DNA of 64,000 bases, from positions 9,507 to 73,506 of the forward strand of contig DASZZI010000055.1 of assembly GCA_035544995.1 (NCBI GenBank), in the 5' to 3' direction. A program made the position numbers and the translations under genes. This document shows positions 30,461 to 38,940 of this stretch, piece by piece. The stretch's first letter is position 1. Every line of letters begins with the position of its first letter. Origin of the DNA: Candidatus Acidiferrum sp. GTDB taxonomy: Bacteria; Acidobacteriota; Terriglobia; Acidiferrales; UBA7541. Under the pieces are notes generated by a model. It was not told where the DNA came from and did no database searches. It was given only the letters and a program-made list of their open reading frames with translations.

Positions 30461-30766
30461 TTAATCGGCTGCTCCGCCTCGGAGATCTTCTTTGCTTGCG
30501 ACTCTGTTATCGGTACAGGCCTTCAGAACCGTGGCAAAGGCGATCAGCAACCCTGTGGCGGCATTCGTGAGAATGATCGCCAGCGCGTGCAGCAGCACAC
30601 CGTAGATCAGCCACAACGACACTCCGATCAAGTAAAGCGCCAGCATGCCGTAGGAAAGATCGCGGCCGCCTTGCTTCCAGATCTTCACTACCTGCGGAAC
30701 GAACGCAAAGGTGGTGCAAAATCCCCCCAACGTTCCCACCACTGTCACCCATAATTCCGTCGTCAT
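30461..30766 (-). CDS. SemiSWEET (PQ-loop) sugar transporter
   Basis: GFCTTFAFVPQVVKIWK, DLSYGM, WLIYG, three TM helices. Confidence 0.88.
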   Translation of the reverse strand: MTTELWVTVVGTLGGFCTTFAFVPQVVKIWKQGGRDLSYGMLALYLIGVSLWLIYGVLLHALAIILTNAATGLLIAFATVLKACTDNRVASKEDLRGGAAD

Positions 30767-30935
30767 GAATCCGACTCCATCTTCACCGCAGACTGCTTTG
30801 GTTTCTGCACGGAGAGCAGTTTAGCAGTAGCTGACGCTCTGCCCAAAGGAACACCGCGTCAATAGTCAACAATTGAGATGTTGCAGGGAATTTCGGGGAT
30901 GGAAGGTTGCGTGAAAATTCGAGAGCGGCGAGAGA

Positions 30936-33572
30936 TCAGAGCTGCAGATGGCGCTGCACCAGCCTGCGGAGCTTTTCGCGGTCTTCGTCCTTCATGTGCA
31001 CGAATTCGACGCCGTTGCCGTCCGGGCCGATGTTGCGGACTACCGCGGTGAAATGAATCTTGCGCAGGCCGGAGCGCACCTCGAGCTGGATGGAGTCGCC
31101 GACACTCAGTTTCTTGGGGGATTCCAGATAGGCGCCGCCCAGGCTGATCGTCCTGACCCTCGCGAGGCCCGCTTGGGCGCCATCGATTTGCGCGCGCAGC
31201 GGTGATTCGAGCGGGACGCGCACGTAGCGGCGTGGCACGACGTAGCCCGCGTTGGACTGCGCCGCAGCTTCGAAGGCGGCGCGGACGCGTGCCGAGGACG
31301 GACGGTTTTCCAGGAGCGCGAGAGCGTCTTCCGCAGCGGCGCGCAAACCCGAGGGCTCCGCGTAGGCCAGACCTTCGCGTCCTTCGGCGAGCTGGCGGAG
31401 AAGTTCAGCGGCTTCGACGGCGTGCATGCGGCCGAGCGCCTCGATGGCCTTTATGCGCACAAAAAGGTCGCGCAGAATTTCGTGCTCGCCCGCGGCGATC
31501 TCCATCAACTGGGAAACCGCGGTGGTCTCCTGGGCGAGGCCGATCTGATCGATCATCATCGGCACGACCAGGGGATGAGCGTCGGCGAGAATCGCGGAAA
31601 ACACAAAGGCAGCACTATGCGCGGAAGCGGAATTGGCGGGCCGCGCGATTTCGCTGACCGCCAGGTCTTGAAGGTTCCATTCCCAGCTTGCCAGTGCGCG
31701 CGGCAGACCGCGCAGCAAGCGCTCGGTATCGGCCGCGGCGAGCAGCTTGATTGCAGCGCTCACGCGCTGCCGCCGCGCTTCGTAAAGTCGAGTTTCGAGC
31801 AAATTCAAGACGGGCACGCCGATGGTCCGCAATAGCCGGGCCATGGCGGGCACTTGCTCCGCGCCGCGCGGATCGGTCAGCAACAGAGTCAAGCGGTCGA
31901 GCAGACGCTCCGGGTCGCGTTGTAGCAGGCGGGGAAGGACGGGATCAAGCGCGCGATTGGCGAGTGCGGCATCAACGAGCAGCAGCCAGCGGTCCTGCGC
32001 TACCAGCCGGTGTGCCAGGGCCGCTAAATGTTCGTGCTCAACGTCACGCGGGGCGCGTTCAAGCCCGGTCAGGATGTTTTCAAAACCCGCGTAATCTGCG
32101 CGGCTCACCGCGATGCGGCCTAGCGTTTCAAGAAATGCGGCGAGCAGCGCACCGGTTTCCGGAATTGTTTCTTTCTCGAGCGCGTTCATGGCGCCGCGGC
32201 TCAGATCCTCCGGAACTTGATTGGGCCAGAGGGACTCGATGATCGCCGTCATTTCGTTCAAGCCGGCGGCGACCGCGCGGCGGGCAGTGGGATCGTTAAT
32301 CTCCAGGCGCCGTGCGTAATTCAGCACAATGTTCCGTGCTTCGCGCCGCGGAGCGTCGGCTCCGGCGTCCGCAAGTTGTCCAAGCGTCTGACGAAGCGCG
32401 ACGACCGGCACGGTCCAGACTTCCGGACCGCGCAGGACCTTGGACTTCTCGCGCGGGGCAAGTTCCAGCCAGAATTTTTCGATGAGCTGTTCGCGATGAG
32501 TGTCCGTGGCCCACTTCGTTGCAAGCGAGGAGAGATGCTGGGAAGAGTGAGGTCCGGAATATCCGCCCGCCGACACTAGCACGTCACCCAGGCGGTTGAA
32601 CATGGAGCGCACATTCATCGGTGTGAGCGTGCCGGCGGAAAATTCCGCGCTCAGAAATTCGAAGCTGAGACTTTCCGAGAGGCGCAACAAATAGGGCTGC
32701 GGACGCTCGGCGTCTTGCGGCGCGTAGACGGTGATCGCGCTGAGAAGCATGCGCACGGTTTCGCGGCTGGCTTCTTCCATCGCGCCGTGGATGGCTCGCG
32801 CTGCTTCTTCCGGAGAAAGCCCTCGCGCCACTTCGAGCGGCGGGGTTAGCCGGGCCAGCAAGCGCAGTGCAGCGACCAGATCATCGATCTCGGGAACTTG
32901 GATGGGAGTATTGGCGCTCTCTCGGGGTGAATTTCCGCCATAGGCAACCAGCGCAGCCATCAGGCTCGCAAGCACCGTGTCCACTTTGCGGTCCGTACTC
33001 GCGTTGACTTGAATACCTTCCACTCCGCTCTCCAAGAGACGCGCCGGCCACCAGGGCATGTTTCCGCGCTTCACCGACTCTTCTGATCTTAGCAACGCTG
33101 CCTTGACGAGTTGCGCCAGGGTGTCTAGTTCGCCTACATGAAATTTCCGCGCGAAAATCAGGGAATGAATTCCAGAGCGTTGCAGTTCCGCGGCCAGGGC
33201 CTGCAGTTCGCCGCGGGAGTCCTCCAGATGAGTATCGCCTATTTTCGGCACTACCACTCCGCCGCGCTCGATTCGCAGTTCCAGCCCGTTGAGAGCAGCG
33301 GCGACGCCGCGGAGCAATTCGTAGGAGGTGTCCAGGCTCTCGAGGGCGCGCGGGTGGTTTTTTTCATAGAGCCGCTGTGACCGCAGAAGGATGTGCAATT
33401 CGTGCAGCGCCCGATTCACGTCCGCGGGTTTCACTTCCGCGGAGGTCATCTGCCCCAGGCGCACCGCCCCCGTCAGCGGCCAAGAATTACGCGGCGCGGC
33501 AGGATGCGCGGCTGCACCCAGTCCCGAGCGGTGGCTCTTTTTATTGACGTGGTTTGCGGCCCCAAGTGCCAA
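30936..33572 (-). CDS. HEAT-repeat protein with C-terminal PilZ domain
   Basis: Alpha-helical body with HEAT-like VRIKAIEALGRM; C-terminal RRYVRVPL...TISLGGAYL...GVEF; true start may be ATG 33449. Confidence 0.8.
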   Translation of the reverse strand: MALGAANHVNKKSHRSGLGAAAHPAAPRNSWPLTGAVRLGQMTSAEVKPADVNRALHELHILLRSQRLYEKNHPRALESLDTSYELLRGVAAALNGLELRIERGGVVVPKIGDTHLEDSRGELQALAAELQRSGIHSLIFARKFHVGELDTLAQLVKAALLRSEESVKRGNMPWWPARLLESGVEGIQVNASTDRKVDTVLASLMAALVAYGGNSPRESANTPIQVPEIDDLVAALRLLARLTPPLEVARGLSPEEAARAIHGAMEEASRETVRMLLSAITVYAPQDAERPQPYLLRLSESLSFEFLSAEFSAGTLTPMNVRSMFNRLGDVLVSAGGYSGPHSSQHLSSLATKWATDTHREQLIEKFWLELAPREKSKVLRGPEVWTVPVVALRQTLGQLADAGADAPRREARNIVLNYARRLEINDPTARRAVAAGLNEMTAIIESLWPNQVPEDLSRGAMNALEKETIPETGALLAAFLETLGRIAVSRADYAGFENILTGLERAPRDVEHEHLAALAHRLVAQDRWLLLVDAALANRALDPVLPRLLQRDPERLLDRLTLLLTDPRGAEQVPAMARLLRTIGVPVLNLLETRLYEARRQRVSAAIKLLAAADTERLLRGLPRALASWEWNLQDLAVSEIARPANSASAHSAAFVFSAILADAHPLVVPMMIDQIGLAQETTAVSQLMEIAAGEHEILRDLFVRIKAIEALGRMHAVEAAELLRQLAEGREGLAYAEPSGLRAAAEDALALLENRPSSARVRAAFEAAAQSNAGYVVPRRYVRVPLESPLRAQIDGAQAGLARVRTISLGGAYLESPKKLSVGDSIQLEVRSGLRKIHFTAVVRNIGPDGNGVEFVHMKDEDREKLRRLVQRHLQL

Positions 33573-33882
33573 AGCATTCCTCGCTTGCTTCTATGCGTGT
33601 CTCACTCTGCCTATCGGCGAGTGGGAAATCTGCACTACAGCTCGCGGGGTGGATCCCCGGGGGCAGGATAGCCCTATGGAGAAAGCAAGCAAGCCTCCGG
33701 CCTTCTGGTTTTACGGCTAAGCTCTTTGTTATGAGGCAGCACTTGAGGTAGTTTTAGGACTAGATTAGCCGCAACGTAACATTAGGTTACGACTTGAGTA
33801 GGGTCTTCCGCAGTTCCTAAGAAAGGCGTGTTCGCCTTCCTATCCCTGTCCTTGACTGCGCTAACTGCTGATTTCACAGCGG

Positions 33883-36180
33883 TTACTTAAGCCGGAGTGT
33901 CCCTTCGACGGTGACTGTGCTGCCCTCGGTCACCTGGACGGTCCGGCGGACTGGTTGGTAACCTTCCATTCTAAGCGTCACGACGTGCGTGCCTGCGGTA
34001 ATTTGCACGCGCGACGGCGAGAATTGGCCACTCGACGTACCATCGATCACGATTTCCGCACCCTTCGGGTTGGACGTCACGTCTGCCCAAGCCACGTGGC
34101 TGGTTGCTTTTTCTTTGAGCTCGGCATCCAGCGTGGTCTGTATATTGTCCTTTACCTGCACGTTCCCCGCGTACGCCTCGTAACCCTGCAAACGAAGCAC
34201 GAGATTGTACTGCCCCGGCGCCAGCGGCAGAGTCGCTGGCGTCTGCCCAGACTGCTTCGCACCGTTGATGAAGACATCCGCTCCCGGCGGGCGGCTGCTT
34301 ACGTATAATCCATTGGCTAGGGACTCCAATCGAATCTTTTGGTCCAGCACGTCGCCTGACTTGACCTGCAACGCCGTTTGCATCGACTCGTAGCCATCCT
34401 TCTTTACTTCCAAGCCGTAGCGTGCGGGATAGAGATTGTTGAAACTGCACGGCGTCTGGCACTGGTTCAGGACGTGTCCGCCTGGACCGTACAGCAGCGC
34501 GGTTGCGCCGATGACGTCCGACAACACGTGGATTGCACCATGTCCTGCGGCGGGCACTGGATGGGCGCCGTCCGCGTCATTTGCCGCGGTCGGGTCCGGA
34601 GTATCGTCGTACTCGATGTGATCCACGACCCGCACGTTCGCCGGTGCATTTCGGAGGAATTGCAGCATCTCGCGGTGTTCGCCAGGGCGGAGTTTTCCGG
34701 CCAGCGTCAAGGTGTTATTGGAGGCTTGCACTTTCAGGCGGCCTTTCAATCCCTTCTCCGAGGCGGCTTCTTCAATACGGCCTTTGTATTCCGCGGCGGC
34801 GGAAGTCACCGCTGACTCGATTTTTTTGGGAGCTGGTTTTGCGGGAGTTGTTTCCGGCGGCTTCGTATTGGTGGTTGGGACTACGGACAGCGCTGGCTCC
34901 TTCAGCTGAAGCGCAGGCTCGTTCGCGCTCGGACCCGCAGGTGTATTTGCTGCGGAACTCGCTTCTGCTGCTCCCGAAGACGGGGTTACAGACTCAGTCA
35001 CGCCGGTTTTTTGTGCCTCCCGGAGTTTGCGGGCATATTCATATTGAGGGCGGAGCTTGTACCCGCCATACACGATCACGCCTAGCAGAAACAGTGCGGC
35101 GAAAACCGTGCCGGCGACGTTTTTCTTCTTCGGTTGCTCGGATGGCGCGACGCTGCCGGTGCGCCGAATCACAGGTGTTTGGCCGGGACTCGATGCGCGC
35201 GCGGTTAGCGAGCGCGCCGCCGCTGCCGCCAGCGGATCCTCGCCGCGCCCACCGCGTCCGCCACCCGCACTTACTGCAACGGTCGCATCGGGTGTGCTGG
35301 AGATACGCGGTCCGCCGAGGACCATCGTTTTTTCCGTGTTCCCGGCGCCCGCGAGTGAGCGGTAATTCCGAAGGTCTTCGAGCATTTCGCGGCAGCTCTG
35401 ATAGCGCTCGTCCGGTTCCTTGGCTAGCGCCTTCATCACTACTCCGCTAATTCCAGGATGGATTGACGGATCAATCTGCCGGGGCGGGACAGGGTCCTCA
35501 TTCACAATTTTATAAATGACCGTGGTGATGTTTTGGCCGGGAAATGGCTTTTCGCCTGTGACCATTTCGTAGAGCATCACGCCCAGAGAAAAAATGTCGC
35601 TGCGCCCGTCTACGGCGCGGCCCTTCACCTGTTCGGGGGACATGTAGCTCGGCGTGCCCATGACGTGGGCGGTTTGTTGCACCGTGCCGAACTGCAGGAT
35701 TTTCGCGGTGCCGAAGTCGGTCACTTTCACGGTGTCGTCGCCAGTGAGCATCAAGTTGGCTGGCTTGATGTCGCGATGCACGACGTTTCGTTCGTGTGCG
35801 AACTGCAGCGCGCTGCAGGCCTGCTCCATGATCCGCAACACACGCGGCAACGGAAACGCTTGCCCGCTGTCCAGCAGCGATTGCAAGCTCTTGCCTTCCA
35901 CCAGCTCCATGGTGATGAAGTACAGGCCATCCTCTTCGCCAGCGTCATAGACCACGACGATGTTCGGATGGGTCAGCAATCCAGCGGCGCGCGCTTCGGT
36001 CTGGAATCGCGTCAAAAGCTCTGGTCGCGAGAGCCCGGTGCCCTGCTCGCTTAAACGGATGGTCTTAACCGCGACGGTGCGGCCGATCACCGGGTCCATA
36101 GCCTTATAAACGACACCCATAGCGCCGCGGCCCAGTTCATCGATAAATTCGTATCTTCCGGCTTTCGTCTGCGTCGTCAT
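33883..36180 (-). CDS. Hanks-type Ser/Thr protein kinase with TM, BON-like and PEGA domains
   Basis: ELGRGAMGVV, VAVK, HRDIKPAN, DFG, GTPSYMSPEQ; TM helix; repeated S.P.GA.V.I.G PEGA units. Confidence 0.93.
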   Translation of the reverse strand: MTTQTKAGRYEFIDELGRGAMGVVYKAMDPVIGRTVAVKTIRLSEQGTGLSRPELLTRFQTEARAAGLLTHPNIVVVYDAGEEDGLYFITMELVEGKSLQSLLDSGQAFPLPRVLRIMEQACSALQFAHERNVVHRDIKPANLMLTGDDTVKVTDFGTAKILQFGTVQQTAHVMGTPSYMSPEQVKGRAVDGRSDIFSLGVMLYEMVTGEKPFPGQNITTVIYKIVNEDPVPPRQIDPSIHPGISGVVMKALAKEPDERYQSCREMLEDLRNYRSLAGAGNTEKTMVLGGPRISSTPDATVAVSAGGGRGGRGEDPLAAAAARSLTARASSPGQTPVIRRTGSVAPSEQPKKKNVAGTVFAALFLLGVIVYGGYKLRPQYEYARKLREAQKTGVTESVTPSSGAAEASSAANTPAGPSANEPALQLKEPALSVVPTTNTKPPETTPAKPAPKKIESAVTSAAAEYKGRIEEAASEKGLKGRLKVQASNNTLTLAGKLRPGEHREMLQFLRNAPANVRVVDHIEYDDTPDPTAANDADGAHPVPAAGHGAIHVLSDVIGATALLYGPGGHVLNQCQTPCSFNNLYPARYGLEVKKDGYESMQTALQVKSGDVLDQKIRLESLANGLYVSSRPPGADVFINGAKQSGQTPATLPLAPGQYNLVLRLQGYEAYAGNVQVKDNIQTTLDAELKEKATSHVAWADVTSNPKGAEIVIDGTSSGQFSPSRVQITAGTHVVTLRMEGYQPVRRTVQVTEGSTVTVEGTLRLK

Positions 36181-36457
36181 CTTGCCTGCGCGCGGGGAAG
36201 GGAATACCCTTCCTTCTTTATATAGGCATGAGGGGGAAGCGGCGGCCTGAGCCTTGTGGCAAACACACAGCCGCGCGCACCCGTGCGCCCTATCTTCGAC
36301 AGTACCCAGTAATTTTTCTATTGGTCAACAGTACGAACCCCCCAAAGCCGCCAACTAAGCACCCCGGCGGCTCACGACGTGCTTGCCATTCAGGCCGGGT
36401 CCAAGGACTCCATGGCGGCCCAAGTGCTCCTCTTACGGGCGCGGCGGGGGCCGTGCG

Positions 36458-36466
36458 TGGTAGAAT
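36458..36466 (+). promoter_or_regulatory. Extended -10 promoter TGgTAGAAT, probably giving a leaderless mRNA
   Basis: Hexamer ends 7 nt before ATG 36474; no Shine-Dalgarno sequence. Confidence 0.5.
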
Positions 36467-36473
36467 CCACCGG

Positions 36474-36740
36474 ATGAGCGAGGTAGTTCCAGAGGTGATT
36501 CAAGGACTTGTTACTGGCCTTTACGCATGTGCGTGCGATTTCTTCAGCCACCGTAGGGCCAAAAGCTTCAGGATTAAGACCCTAAAATCCCGACTGTTAA
36601 AGGGAGGCCACAAGTGGCGGAGCCTCAAACAACTGGCCCGCGCAATCGGGCAATCTGAGGAAGCAACAACAGATTTGCTTATCGAAATTGGAGCGCGGCG
36701 TAGCGCCGGGGAAAAGAATGTGTGGACGCTGCAAAAGTAA
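36474..36740 (+). CDS. Small hypothetical protein (88 aa) with helix-turn-helix-like C-terminus
   Basis: MSEVVPEVIQGLVTG...KWRSLKQLARAIGQSEEATTDLLIEIGARRS; 3' part of ORF 36228..36740. Confidence 0.55.
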   Translation: MSEVVPEVIQGLVTGLYACACDFFSHRRAKSFRIKTLKSRLLKGGHKWRSLKQLARAIGQSEEATTDLLIEIGARRSAGEKNVWTLQK

Positions 36741-36813
36741 CGCCCCACGCCATCTTCCCCAACCAGTGAATAGCTGACAAGTAAGGCGCGTGGCGCTGGC
36801 CTCAGTGAGCGCC

Positions 36814-37104
36814 CTAATGCTGAATCGTTAGGGGGCATAGCGCAACCGCCGGAATAGTTACTGCTGCACCCGACCCCAAGCAGTCGTAATAGCAAATTTT
36901 ATTGTTTCCCGATGTTACTTCTCCCTTGCCGTAACAAGTCACAGTTATAGGTTTTGGCGCTGGAGTTGGCTCAGGTGGTGGAACGGGCTGTGCCGCTGCT
37001 GCCCCTTGCGCCGCTCCCGCTAACCCCCTTTGCCATGCGGCACGACTACAGCCGCTCAGCGCCAACGCGACGGTCAACAAACCCGGCAGAATTAGTTTTG
37101 ACAT
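36814..37104 (-). CDS. Small predicted lipoprotein with 4-Cys C-terminal domain
   Basis: Lipobox LSGC, Ala/Pro linker, CYGKGEVTSGNNKICYYDCLGSGAAVTIPAVALCP. Confidence 0.7.
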   Translation of the reverse strand: MSKLILPGLLTVALALSGCSRAAWQRGLAGAAQGAAAAQPVPPPEPTPAPKPITVTCYGKGEVTSGNNKICYYDCLGSGAAVTIPAVALCPLTIQH

Positions 37105-37129
37105 TGAGGCTCCTTTACCAATAACAGTA

Positions 37130-37203
37130 TGGGACCGGGGAGACTTGAACTCCCAACCTAGAGTTTAGGAAACTCTCGCCCTATCCAGTTGCGCCACGGC
37201 CCC
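37130..37203 (-). tRNA. tRNA-Arg(CCT), divergent copy, no encoded CCA, one D-stem mismatch
   Basis: GGGGCCG/CGGTCCC acceptor, AGAGT-TTCCTAA-ACTCT anticodon arm, GGGAG-TTCAAGT-CTCCC T arm; D stem GCGC/GGGC has a G-G mismatch. Confidence 0.75.
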
Positions 37204-37335
37204 ACGTTTTGATTCTACAACAAAATCCTTGTGCATAATCCTGTGCAAACGCCAACCACAAACACACCCTAACTACCACAAATATGCACAACCAGCCCCC
37301 GGCGCAACCGACTGAAAATAAAAGAAGCTTGCCTC

Positions 37336-37400
37336 TTAGGAAACCGCTGCTCTATCCATCTGAGCTACAGGCCGTACGTTTTTATTGTAATACGTCCTGC
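37336..37400 (-). repeat. Direct-repeat copy of the tRNA-Arg(CCT) 5' half plus upstream -10 region (partner 41225..41290)
   Basis: About 6 differences over 65-66 nt versus 41225..41290; similarity ends exactly after the anticodon loop TTCCTAA. Confidence 0.9.
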
Positions 37401-37418
37401 TGCACTCAGCCGCCTGTT

Positions 37419-38888
37419 CTACGGCCTCGGCAGGGGCTCCCTCGGGGACATCGTGCGCTCCGGCATAGGCATATTCGTTTCGCGGACGGGACGATCGACT
37501 TCGCCGGGCCGCGCGGGGGCTTCGAGGCCGTCCGTAAGCAAGTAACCCTGCAGCGCAATGCCACTGGTCCAGACGCCTTCGAGCGCGGCGATGTATTCGA
37601 TCTGCAGTTCGTAGAGTTTTCGCTGGGTTTCGAGAACGCGCGGGTAGGACGCCAGCATCCGGCCGTATTTATCTGCCATTAGCCCGTACGCTTTCTTCGC
37701 CAGTGGCAGCATTTCATCCCGATATTCCACGGCCATCAGGCGCGCGTTGGCGTATTGGTCGACAACGGACGCAGCCCGCTCGCGCAGGGTCAACTCAACA
37801 CGCTTCTTTTCCTGACCTGCGCGGTCGATGTCGGCGCGGGCCGCGGCGAGGTTGCCCTGATTACGATTAAAAATGGGGATTTGCACTCCGATTTCAGCGA
37901 TGCCTTCCCAGCCTTTGGCAAACGGAACGCTGCCGAGCGTTTCGTGGTTGTATTCCATTCCGCCGCGCACCTGGATATCGGGAATGGGCTCGCGCCTTGC
38001 TCTTGTCAGTACGGCCTGCGCGCGAACCGCAGCGGCGTCTGCGATCTGTACCGCCGGACTTTCCTTGGCGATCGCTTCCACCGCGGCTTCCTCGTTTAGT
38101 TCCGGCCAGTCTTTTTCCAGATCCCCGGCCACCGTTGCGAGCGGCATTTCCGGCCGTCCGGCAACCGCCGCCAGCGAGCGCCACTCTTCACGCAAAGTGT
38201 TTTCCTGCATGCGCGCCGCTACGCGCCTGCGTTGCGCTTCGACTTCCGCTTCGAGCACTTCCGTTTCGTCCGCCTGCCCTGTGTTCATCAGCCGCCGCTG
38301 CGTATCTGCCGCATCTTGCGCAATTTTCGCCAGGTCGCGGCGCGCATCGAGCAATTCCTGCGCCGCTAGGACGCGCAGAAACGCCATCTTCACCGCGCTC
38401 TTGACACGCAGGTGTTGTTCTTGCGCTTCAAGTTCAGCCAGCTTCGCTTCTTCGCCGAAGACTTCCCGGCTTGAAGCAAGCTTTCCTCCCATCACGATAG
38501 TCTGCTGGATGAAGAATCCCTGTTTGCCGCCGCCCACTGAGCCGCCGCGAATTTCATCTCCCGTATATCCCGCGAGTGGGTTCGGATAAAACCCTGCCTG
38601 CTGCTGCCGCGCTTTCGCGGCGCGAATTTCCGCGTCTGCCTGCCGCAGCGTCGGATTCGTTTCGCTGGCCATTTTTTGCGCTTGCTCGAGCGTGACCAGC
38701 GCGCCTTGCGCGTGCTCTTGCGCCCGCCCCATTCGCGGATACTCCGGCTTCACCACCGGAATATCTCCATGATGGTGCTGCGCCGGCTCTTGCATTTCTG
38801 GCATTGTCGGCTGCTGCGCCCGCGATCGTCCCGCTAGTGCCAGCGTTGCCGTCAAGGTCATGACCACGAATCTCATCGTTGCGTTCAT
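37419..38888 (-). CDS. TolC family outer membrane protein (heavy-metal, CzcC/CusC-like)
   Basis: QAGFYPNP, QIPIFNRNQG, His/Met-rich N-terminus; ATG 38888 with GAGGT RBS inside ORF 37419..38951. Confidence 0.88.
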   Translation of the reverse strand: MNATMRFVVMTLTATLALAGRSRAQQPTMPEMQEPAQHHHGDIPVVKPEYPRMGRAQEHAQGALVTLEQAQKMASETNPTLRQADAEIRAAKARQQQAGFYPNPLAGYTGDEIRGGSVGGGKQGFFIQQTIVMGGKLASSREVFGEEAKLAELEAQEQHLRVKSAVKMAFLRVLAAQELLDARRDLAKIAQDAADTQRRLMNTGQADETEVLEAEVEAQRRRVAARMQENTLREEWRSLAAVAGRPEMPLATVAGDLEKDWPELNEEAAVEAIAKESPAVQIADAAAVRAQAVLTRARREPIPDIQVRGGMEYNHETLGSVPFAKGWEGIAEIGVQIPIFNRNQGNLAAARADIDRAGQEKKRVELTLRERAASVVDQYANARLMAVEYRDEMLPLAKKAYGLMADKYGRMLASYPRVLETQRKLYELQIEYIAALEGVWTSGIALQGYLLTDGLEAPARPGEVDRPVRETNMPMPERTMSPREPLPRP

Positions 38889-38940
38889 TTTGCTACCTCG
38901 CCCTTTTGCTATTTTCTCTGGTGAATATTTTTTGTGTTCG

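Noticed and set aside
33680-33720. GCAAGCCTCCGGCCT resembling part of a c-di-GMP-I riboswitch near the PilZ gene
   Set aside because: It is on the + strand with no + gene downstream, and the GGCAAAC/GNRA first stem is missing.
21554-36180. Type VI secretion regulatory module (FHA/PP2C/kinase)
   Set aside because: No T6SS structural genes are present; such signalling genes are common on their own.
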